Source: Epiperipatus broadwayi
Lineage: Eukaryota > Animalia > Onychophora
Direction of reading: 5' to 3'
Assembly: GCA_028023455.1 (NCBI GenBank)
Contig: JAQFVV010000003.1
Coordinates: forward strand, 30,008,001-30,072,000
Length of the DNA stretch: 64,000 nt
In this document: positions 39,401 through 51,400 of the stretch, one piece after another
Layout of the letters: every line of letters begins with the position of its first letter
Position numbering within the stretch: position 1 is the stretch's first letter
Notes under the pieces: model-generated
The model's database searches: none
What the model was told of the DNA's origin: nothing
What the model saw: only the letters and a program-made list of their open reading frames with translations
Position numbers and translations under genes: made by a program

Positions 39401-42400
39401 GTAACTATGTTGATTGAAATTTATTATCTATAATATTTTTAACAATTTTTAATTCTTAAAATATTTTATAAGTTTTATTTAGAAATTTATACAAAACCAC
39501 CCCCCACCCCCCCCCCCCCCCCCACACATACCCCCCCCCAAATAGAAAAAAAAAAAAACCCAAAAAATTTTCACAACCCAAACCCCCATGCCAAATACAT
39601 CCCCCACACATATATACTATAAGTATATGAAATTATTTATGAAATAAAAAAGAATGGAGAAATATGGAAGTATCTAGTAATATAAAGTTAACTATTCAAG
39701 TTGTTTACAATTAAAGAATAATTATGAAACAAAAGTTATTTCACAATTGTCAAAAAGTAAAATTGCAATCATCAAGAATTCCGGAAAACGTATTAATAAT
39801 GAATTATGCTTTAAGAAGCAGTTCTCTTAAATCTATTCCTGAGCCATCTATTGTAAGTATAATCACTGAACATCAGATAATAAAACAATTACATTCACTC
39901 TGTAGACTAACTTATTGTCATGGATAGTGAAGATTTTGGATTTAAAATTTGGATAATTGCATTAGTCTCAGCTTTAAATTCACAGACCTCATTGATAAAG
40001 GCCCTAAGTTAGACTTGGATTGAGGATATAATAGCTCTTGCCATCTGGTGTCTATTGATCACTTAGGCTTACAATCGATCGCTCATCATATAATAGAAAT
40101 CATGTGTTAAATGTAAGCAGAGAGCATTATGAGATATTATGTTCGCAATAATAAATTGTGATATAAAGTGGTAAAATTTAATCAATAAGTATTCAAAATA
40201 AGACTCTCACTATTAAATTTTATTTATTACTAGTTATAACAAATACTAAAATATTATCAATAAATAAATAAAACAAATATTTTATTATAAAAAAATTAGA
40301 TTAAACTTATGAATTTTTATTTATTTATATAATACTACAACAATCAAAAATTACATATTAAACACAGAAGCAAGCAATTGTAAAAAAACATAATTAAAGG
40401 TTTCATTGCTACACAATCGGAATCATATAAATTAAAACACTTTCACAATGAACAAACTATAAAAAAAAATCATGAATGATTTACAAAATATGATCATTTT
40501 TAGTATTATAGTTATTTTAATGTATTCTTTATAATTATGGCATTACATCAGAAACATTTAAACCGAATATAAAAAATGCTATTTTTGTAGCTCAATTTAG
40601 AAGTTATCAAAAATAATAAAATGTACAAATACTTTTAGGATTTATGATAAAATTAACCAGTGATTAACCAAAAGCAAAGACTATATTTACAATTATATCA
40701 ACAACAGCATCATATAACTTTCTCATATATTTGCAAGAGCAGTTCTTTTATCCTTATCTAGAGTCATCTAGTGTAATCCTAAGTAATCAATAACTACCAG
40801 ATGGTGTAGTGCTAATAATATCCATATCCCTAGATTGGTTTCTGGATATTGCCTTTGACATTGAGGAATATATATATATATATAAACTGACTTAGTATCA
40901 GATCTATATAACTACACAGGTAAAACCTTAAGCAGTTTTAGTTTTGTAAAAGTGAAAATTCAAAAATTTTTTGCTTAATTACCAATTATTTGGTAAATTA
41001 ATTATAAAAGACTTTCTTCTAAATTTGTTTTAAATTTGAATGTAAAATTATCGATGATGAAATAAAGAAGAAATGAAACATGACCATATTTAATTATTAT
41101 TATTTTTTTTATTATTACTGAAAGTGAGGAAATAAAATAAAGTTTAATCTTGTGCTTATGAATTCAAAACTGATATTTATTAATTTTGTTTTTTCACATA
41201 AATTTTTAATTATTTATATTTATTATCATAATTTTATTGCCAGTGAATCCAATTTTATATTATGAAATTTGTTTCTATGAAATTTTTATTAAAAATAAAA
41301 ACATTAAAAAAAATAAATAACTCCCCCTTTTTTTTTTACCTGTTACAAAATAATTTCATGTATAAATAAAAAAAACATTTCAAGACAAGATCATATTTTA
41401 AAAATTAAATCACAGAAGCAGCTATTTTTTTAATTATGAAATTTTACTTGAATATATATACTTTTAATATACTTCTTGTGCTTTAGCATTTACATAAATA
41501 ATATCAGGCTTCTTCTCTGGATAAGCATTGTTACATAACTCATTAGAATAATGATATTCTGGAAGAGAAGGATAAGCAAACCATTCAATCCTCTTGTATA
41601 AAGAACACAGATTCATCTTACCATAAAATGAAGTATTGTAGAACTGCCATTTTATAAAGAAGGCATCTTTAAGATACAGATTTAAAATTGTAACCATTTT
41701 TATGAATTCTTTCTGGAGACATGTAATAAAATGTTCTGACTAAAAAATGAGCCATCATTTTTGAACTGAAAAATCTTCCAAAACCGAGTTATTTTTGGAG
41801 GATAAAAAAAGTGTGAATACTATTATGAAGTAAAAACTATTACATATTTCATTGCTTCTTCATAAATTTGTTGGCTTTGTTAATGTTTTCTGTGTGCCAG
41901 TCAATCATCTTTAAAGATTATTAGGACAAAAGGATAAGACTCTGGTCAATAAGAGTTCTTTATATTAGTTCCATGCAGACATATATTCAATCATATATTT
42001 TGCATCAGCACAGTATTTTTTCATCAGCATAATCTGAAGTAAAGCTATTTGTTCAAAATAGTCCCAAGCTTGCAATTCTGATTCAATAACTTCCACTCAT
42101 GAAGAAATGTTCTAATTTAGATTTACTTTTCTAGTCAATTCAATATATTGTACCTTTTTCAAGATGAATTACAACTGCCTTGAGAGGATTTTCTAAATTT
42201 TTCTAAATCAGACTTTGCTTAAATCACTATTCAAAAACGCTATTTCTTATTGTGAAATTTATCATGTTATTTCTCCTGAATCAATCATAGAGAATAAAGA
42301 CTCTCACATTACATTCGCAGACTAAAAATAGAGCTGGACTGTGTATACGTATTTAGAGTAGAATGACAAAGTTCTAACTGAATGTCCACAAAATTTTAAG

Positions 42401-45400
42401 TTATACAGAGACTACATGAGGTGAATGAATGAAAAGTTTATTGAAATGACGTGGAGGAAAAAAAATGATTAAGAAATGCTAGAATAAACTCAGGGACAAT
42501 CTTGCAATGAATCAATAATAGCAGAAAGTGATATATCTAATGCATCTTAATGATATAAAAGATTCATTAATGTACTACGTTACGAGGATGATAATCAATG
42601 TTCACTCATAACGATCATGTTATCATTTGGGTCATATCTTACTGCCTAGTTATTTCAACTACCAATGATTAAGGAACTTAATAATTAAACATTGCATGAC
42701 TCCTCTTTTTTCAAGCTCATTTTTAATTATGCAATTAATGAAAAATTAGAATTGAACAATTTTATATTTAGATTTCCATAATCAACCACTTAATATTAAA
42801 TTTACAAATGTACTTTTCTACCAATACAATACATATTTAAAAATTACTCAGGTAAAAAATTGTTACTACATAGAACAGTCTTACAAAATCTATAGCAAGA
42901 ATATGTTTATTACATCTGAAGTTTAAACTTTCTATTAGTAGATAGTCTCTATTCATATAAAATCATTAATGTAAGTACCAAATGAACATCAGATAGCAAA
43001 TTTCTGACTAGTTGGCTTTAATTTTACCAGGAGTTTGTTCCAGTATTTGTTCACTCATGCTCAGTTCACTCTCAGTCTACTATTCAAGAAAAGATTTAAA
43101 AGTTTCAAAACTCTAAAGTTAAAATCCAAGCTAGTATGCATACATGTTTGATTTTATATCTTTGAAGCAAGTTCAGAAAAAGGTTTTTAATATATAAAAT
43201 TATTATTGATTATATAGCTGTTGTAAAGAATTTATTATTATTATCTGATTATTATATTTATATATGAATTTGACAGCAGTAACCATTTACATTATTCTAT
43301 CCTAGAGCTATCTATGTAAGTATGAATAATGAATGGACATCAGATGATAGTGTTGAAGATATCCATACACTAATTGGCTATGGCTTTCATCAGTGAAAGC
43401 ACTACTTTGCATATTCCCAATTAGCATTATCTTTTATCCCTATTGTTATTGTCAAGACAATGGTCCGAAAATTGCAATTTTATATTCTGGCAATTTACTT
43501 ACCACAGATTCATCAATAAGAGTTAAACCATTATAACTAAAGTCTACTAAGAGTAAATTTTCCCATGGTGGTACTAGATGGGGCTCTTCAGGAATCCAGT
43601 GAGCAATATCACATAACAAAATATCCTAAAAAAAAAAATCAATTAACAATTGATGAAATTTATAAAATGAAAGTTTTTATTTTTCTATATTAGTGATTAT
43701 AAGAAATAGAAGTATATATATAAATTCCACATACTTTGATAGTATTAATTGTATGATGGATATGAATTTTCATTAGAAATTTTCTTAAATGTTCAACTCC
43801 TTTAATCATTCTTGGATTACAATTTTGGATCTAAAAAAGTGAAAAAAAAAAAAAAGTGATGATAATCCAGTACAGATACATACATAGTAATTAATAATAT
43901 TTAAAATATTTTATCACAGCAATCTTTACAAAGTGCAATAGGGAAGTTGCAGTAGTGTGGGTCTTAGCTTAAATATCTTACTTTTAATTAATATTTAATC
44001 TTAGTTCATATTTTAATAAAAGGTGCTTAATTATTCAATATAGTATATGTGCACACACACATATATATCAGACAAAATAATACATAATAAAGCAAAACAT
44101 TAGAATTAAATAAATAAATAAAACCTTTAGCAGCTTATAGTATATTCACCAACTTGAGTAGCACTTGCAACTAATTGTAAATGTTACTCAAAATGGCAAA
44201 TATGCTATAGCTTTTATTATTTATATATTGACAAGTGTTTATTATATATATAAGCATATCTCTGATTTGTTGGTTTATTTATTTAGCATACAGATTTATA
44301 CATACTTTTCTAGATAGCTTACCTATTAATAAAATAACATAAAGCAACCTGCAAAAATTCCAACAAAGATCTTCAATTTTACCACTGTTGCTAGATTCAC
44401 AGTGATTAACTATGATTTGTGTTTATCCAAATCTATGGGTTTAGTGCATGTTAAATTCTTTGTGAAGCTAAATTAAGATTTCATAAATTCAGAAATGTTT
44501 ATAATATTTCATTTAAAAATACTTCTGAACAATTAATTAATGAAACATAGTTACTATTTAAAAAAAAAAAAAAATCTCTAGCTTCCTTGAGTAAAATTTT
44601 ATAGTTTGATAGTTGACATCTGAGTCAACAGATGGCAGGTATGAAAGGGTCACATGCCCAGGATGCTATGCTGTACAGGGCACCAAAATAAGTGCTCAGT
44701 TAAAAAAAAATAAAAATATAAATATTATTCATTGACAAAAACAGATAATCAAATAATTTTTATATTCAATTCCTTTATATACATTACATTATAAATGAAA
44801 TATGGCTGGCTTGTATATGGATGTGCTGATTCTGAGTATGCATAGTTATTCATAATGAATCAAGTGATAGAAAACATTCTTTATGTCAGTTTTGCAACAA
44901 CTATTATTACACTACATACCACAGACTGCAAAAAAAATGTTTTAATTTGATAGTGGTAATTACAGTAGTTTTAAAAAACTAATTCAATTAATTTATATAT
45001 ACTTAAATCGATATAAATTATTTTAACAGCTATATAAAAATATAAATAAATATATATAAAATATTTATTTTACATTTTACAGTTTCAAGCATGGGTGAAC
45101 AAAAAAAAAAAAAAGAAAAAAAATCAGGCTTCAAATTTCAGAAGCAAAGAGCTTACCATGAAACTGAAATAAAAGATAAGGTGAAATACTGCAGTCTTTT
45201 CTAATAAAAAAATCTGACCTATATATTACAAAAGAAGACCAACTTTCAAATTCTTCTCAAACTGAACATCTTACATAAATCGATTTATGGCAACCCATGA
45301 GTCAAGACCGATTGTTTAGTCTTGCAATTTTATCAATAGATAACGACCTTGTAAAAAAAATTAATTTTGATTAAATAATTGAGACTTGCAGTAATAAAAA

Positions 45401-48400
45401 CAAGAAAAATAAAATTTTTATAATATTTTCCAACAATATTTTTCTTCTTATAATTACATATAAGATTGTTATTAGCATATAAAAAAATTAATTTGTTTGT
45501 AATTATTTATCAAAAAAAAATTGATGAGATATTAATTTATCTACTTTTTGTAATCTTAAAAAAGAGGTGTGATTTTGTTGCCTACCCCAGGTAGCGCTGA
45601 CATTGACTGATGATAATGAAGGTTCCAGATTAGAATAATAACTTATTCAATTTTTCTACAATAAAAGAATATTCATTGTTATTTTGGAATACAGAATTTA
45701 GTATTGATATAATTATTAATCTTTTTTAAAACTTTTGGCTCTATTTCACAAATCCTTCCTTCAAGTATTACATACTTTTTTTTGAATATGCGTAGCAACT
45801 TACATGATTTAAAAGTTCTTAAATTTTCAGAAGGCAGAAGGCTATTAAATTTTGGGTTAAAGGATTCTTTGTTTAACAATATTATAAACTGTGGTAGTGT
45901 AATATTGCAAGAAAATTCTAGGCTCTCCTAACAGATGCTAGAAACAGGATTTCTTGGGTTAAATTCCTGACTGAGAAAAAATCACGACTAGTCTGAAAAT
46001 TTAAGAAGGAACTAAATTCTAAGACAATCATGCATTTTAAAGTTGTCTAAAAGTTTTTGAACTTAGATACAGTGATATTTTAAGATATTTGGATCTAAAG
46101 CCATTATTTACATGCAGATCTAAAACAATTTAAGGAATCAGAGTTATTTTCATACTAAGGATTATTTTATTTTTACTTAGTGTAATTCAGGATAAAATTT
46201 TTAATATAACATGATTGCAGTACCAAACTTTATAACATTTTTAGAGAGCTTCATAAAAAGTCAAAAATCAAATGGTTAGTTACTCAGGAGATCATGTGAT
46301 CTTTTATTGTATCTTTATTTATATGAAATTACTTATGAAATAAAAAAGAGAAGAGAAATATGGAAGTTGTCTATCTATAAAAAAGAGATCATGTGATGTT
46401 TGAACATTAGAAATGACAGATTAAGCCATAACCCAATAAGTTAGTTCTAAAATCTTTTACACTAACATAGCATTAAATTGCACAGAGCATAATTTTAGTG
46501 CATGTGACCTTTTAAATTTCTTATATTTACTGATTTCATATTTTCTATATATACATTTTGGAGAAAAATACTGATAATGAGCTAAGATTTCTCACTGCTA
46601 GTAGAGGTTATTAAGCTAGATAGAGTACAGAATTATCATTAACCAATCATAATAAAAAATTGAAATCCATAGTTAATGACAAAGAAATGCAACAGAAAGA
46701 ACTTCTAAAATTTAGCATTAATTAAAAAAAAATTTGGATACAGACATTACTCATTTTTACAATGTATTTTATATGATATTATTAAGATGTGTACAAATCA
46801 AAATCACATACATCAGAGGTTGTAGTGGTGGGGAAGCAAACAAAAATGATCTGTATCTTTGAAGTAAATAGTCACATACAAGAATATAATGAAAACCTGT
46901 TTTACTATGAAAGTGCTGTTGTATCATTAGACTGCAATAACTTTTGTTCATCTGACAGAGAACACAACACAAACAAAAAAAGCGTGTATCTAAGCAAGAT
47001 AAAAAAATCACTACAAATAAATTGTGGATATGTTTTTGCCTCTTTACTAAGAAAGTATATTCTATTTGCACATTTGTATAAGACATATATAAGAATTTAA
47101 TTAACATACAAACTAAAGAAAGATAATAATTAAGCAAAAACCTTCATTTTATACTTGTTTTACTATGAACGCACTGATGTATCATTGAGCTGCAGTAACT
47201 TTTGCGTGTCTGTCAGAAGGTGCAAATAAAAAGAGCTTGTATCTAAGTGAGTGAAACCGATTAATAAAAGTTTAAAATTGAAAACAATGTTATCTAAAAA
47301 GCGAATTAGATTAATAAGAACAAATCTATAAAATCCAAATTTGAAACTAATGAGAGAAGTAAGTCAAACAAATTATTTAATATTAATAACCAATAATTTA
47401 AGTATGAAAAGGCATTACAATCAAAAATGAAAATCTATGCAAATGCAGTGAAAACTGGAGGGAATAGAAGTATGAGGTAAATAACGTTATGCAAGAGGCT
47501 TAGGATAATATATTGGATTTAACGGATGAGGAAGATGAAATATCAACTGTTTTAATGAAATCACTTAATGAATAACTTTTAATAAGAACTGAGAAATTTA
47601 AGGAATAAAAGCGAACAATTCTTTTTATCAAGATCATAACCACAGGCAAATTCATTTGACATGCTGGATGCTAGACACTCCAGCTAGAAATATCATCTTT
47701 GTAACAGTAATAGAGTTTTATTGTAATATTTGCAGGCATGGGTCTGCACTCCTCATTTCTTCCACAGGGGTTGATGATGGCTGTCATTGGGGGTCTGGTT
47801 TATGGGTGTGGGCTGTTGACAATTATTGCGGCTATCCGGAAAACCTGCCAAAAGGGTACAGGGTCAAAGTTTTCAGCGCTTTTTCCGCTCTGATGGGCTG
47901 CTGCGCCCCCTGATGGATTGTTTTAGGGTGGTGCAGATCTGTGCTTGTCCATGTATAGATACACATTAAGCAAAATTATACAACCTTTTTATGGATATAT
48001 TTGTTATTGAGCATATGTATTTTGTAAACCTGGTCAATAATTGTTTTCCTTGTAACATTGAACATCCTCCACGGGTAAGTGTACCCGATAATTTTTTTGG
48101 AATCTTTTAACAAATAAAGGTTATTTTGAAAGTACAAGTAGATTGCAGACACTTTTTTTGCCTCTTTACTTAGCGTATTCTATTTGTATATTTGTGTAAG
48201 ACACATATAAGAATTAAATTAATATACAAACTTAGGAACGATAATAATTAAACAAAACATCACTCATTTAACACTGGGGGGAGGGGAGGGCTGCAGCCCC
48301 TATGGACAGGCTATCACTGAGAGACATATATAAAATCCCTTTCTCCCAATTTTAAAAATTGTGATAAATTAGAAAGTTAAGTCTTTATCTTCTCAATTAT

Positions 48401-51400
48401 TGAGAATATTATAATGTAATTGCCAAATAATATATAAGCTATTCAATCTGTGTTACAAGTATAAAACTGTCTGCATTCATATCTTTCACACTGTCCATTT
48501 TAGATAAACATATTAATGCTCATTACTAATCTCAATATATAAAGAATAACATGCTTCTTTAACTGTATGTATTTAACTAAAGATGACTATTTAAATAGAA
48601 TTGATATTAAAAAAACAAATAAACAACAAAAAAAAAATCTATCGTCACCACCAACATCAAAAATGCGCTATTAAGCAGATTTAAAAAACATTTTATATAT
48701 TGTAAAAGTGAGAAAAAAATATGCCATTATTTTTTCAAAAAAAAAAAAAAATCTAATAATTATCTTGTATCATCAACTTTTATCAATATAAAGTAAAGAT
48801 CTGCAGAAATGTAAAATTACATCTTGTATCCTTATATCAGATCTCTGGCAAAGTAATTTTTAAGATTCCATACATTTTTTAATTAGTCTCAATGAAATAT
48901 TATTCATTAAACATAAATAGATAAAATTAATAGATATAACAAAAACTTAATATCTAAAGTAAAATTTTAAGAGCACAAATAATTCCAATTTAAAATTTTA
49001 TCTTCTTCCACAAGAGTCATGACAGCATTACATGAATACTGGTGAGTATGCTTATTCTAAAAAACAAATGTGCTTCATCATTTCAACCATTATCGATCCA
49101 TTGTAAGATGAAGGTCTCTCCAAGTTCAATCTTTCTTCTCCAATCTCTAGCCCCTCTTCTTCACATCACATCCTTATTTCATCCACCTAATTCACAAATT
49201 ATCTCTTTCTAGGTTTTTTACAATCTCTTGAAATCCAGTTAAAGATTTCAACTGTCCATCATCTATTGTCATCTCTTCTAGCAATATGCCTAGCCCAACT
49301 TCCTTTCAGTCTCTTAATTCTTTTATTGATGTTAGTAACACCTGTTTGTTCCCTCTCCCATGTATTTCGTTTTCGATCTCTTCTTGTTATTCCTAATATG
49401 CATCTCTTTATATTTCTTTGAGTGATCCGAAATCTCCATATTGCTCTTCTGTTAAATATCCAAGTATCAGATCCATAAGTAAGAACTGGTAAAACACATT
49501 TATTATAAACCTTCAAACTTTCCTTTTAAAACACGCAAAACTCTCCATACAGTATTGCCACTCAGTGCAAGCCAGAGTAATCAATGGATGCCAGAAGGCT
49601 ACAAGGTGCAGTGCTCTCAAATCCAAGGCTCCTCACTGACGAAGGTCACAAGCCAGAAACTAGTCTGGGGATATTGGATGAGTAGGCACTAGATGGGAAT
49701 TTTATGCACTAGCCTTCTGGCATCCATTGATTACTCTGGCTTGCACTGAGTGGCAATACTGTATGGAGAGTTTTAGAGTTTTGCCTGTTTTAATAACAGT
49801 TATAAGCAAGCATAAGAAATGGTGAACATGTAATGTTTATTGCTTAAAACTCTTCTTTTCATACACATTAGCATATTTCCTTTTTAATATTAAATTATTT
49901 CTACCAAAAGCACTCTAATCAAGTTTAATTCTATAATTATTTTCATCCATTACATTTCCATCTGTAATAATAATCTGACCATGATATTTGTAGTTGTTAA
50001 CTTCCTCTAACTCATCATTATCAATCTTTATTTTCTTTTTTTGAAAAAATATTAAACACTACTTGAGTTTTTTAAATATTTATCTTTAATCCTACTTTCA
50101 TCTGATAATTCTTGTGACATTTCCTGAAGCTCTAAAGCAGCGTTTCCCAACCTTTTTTGGCTCACGTACCACTTGGTAGTATATCATGCTAAATTGTACC
50201 ACTTCGTAAAAATGATTGTATTTTGTGAAATTTGTTATTGGGAGTGTGTTATTTTATTTGCATTATACATATTATAGGGTGACCATGTATTCACATCACA
50301 TAATGAGACAAATTACATACGTCATGCTGGATTATAAACTCACTGAAATTATAAACTCACTGTAACATATATGTATGTGTTTGTTCAAAGTATCATATTT
50401 ATCTACTATTTTGTCATATTTCATTTACTAATAAATGGTTTTAATAAAAACACAAAATTATAAAAACCCAATTAATATATTTTTTTATCATAATCAAATG
50501 TTTTTATAAAATAAATTTAATGAGATCCTTGTGCTTGTTTCGAAGAACATAATTTTTTGAAATTTGGTTCAGAAGATGCAAGATTACCCTTAAGTCTACA
50601 GCTGCATTCAATCTGTTTCAATACTTTTTTTTAAAAAAAATATATGAAGAAAAAGCTCTTTCTACTAATTCCATACTAGTAAATGGTAATAATAATTTAA
50701 GAGCTTTCTCAGAAAACTGTTCATATTCTTTAATGTTTAACCAAAATTAATTAGATTGTGTCGATAATTCTATTAAATTTTCTTTCTCTTTTATTGATAA
50801 TGATGTAGCTTTTTCTAAATTTTCTTCATAGAAGGGGTTTGAAATCCACTTATCATTTGTGTTTTCGGGTTTTGGAAAATATTCCATGAAAGACAATTTT
50901 AATCCTGTTAAATGTGCTATTATATTTTCTGTATATCTTGAGACAGACTAACCTTATTTTCAAACAAAAAAATATGTAGAGTTTCGAATTTTCCCGGTTG
51001 ATTGTTTTCAATACACTGTTTCCAAAAATCTAATTTCTTAATCATACTTTCAATTTTATCATTAACATTAAAGATCGTTATCGAGTTATTCTGAAGTGTC
51101 AAATTTAAGTTCATTTATTTGCAAAAAAATATCAGATAAATATGCAAGCACCTGAAGCCAATCAAAACCATACAATTTCAAAGAGAGATCAAAAGGATTG
51201 TCTTAAAAAAAAAACCCTGTGCTTCTTGTCTAAGTTCGAATAAGCAGGTTATATAGGGATCAATGAATTTTAATAAACAAAGACGATACAATCACAAACA
51301 ATAACCTGTCACTTGTAAGCCATGCGGTGAAGTGAATGAGAGTGCAGCACTGTCACAACAGTGGCGGTGACATCTCAAGTTACTCGTGGCTAATGGCTAA

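Noticed and set aside
45679-45879. ORF with [12 protein letters not shown] as a NISCH exon
   Set aside because: The true [10 protein letters not shown] exon is at 54138-54233 and the exon chain is already complete and in phase without it
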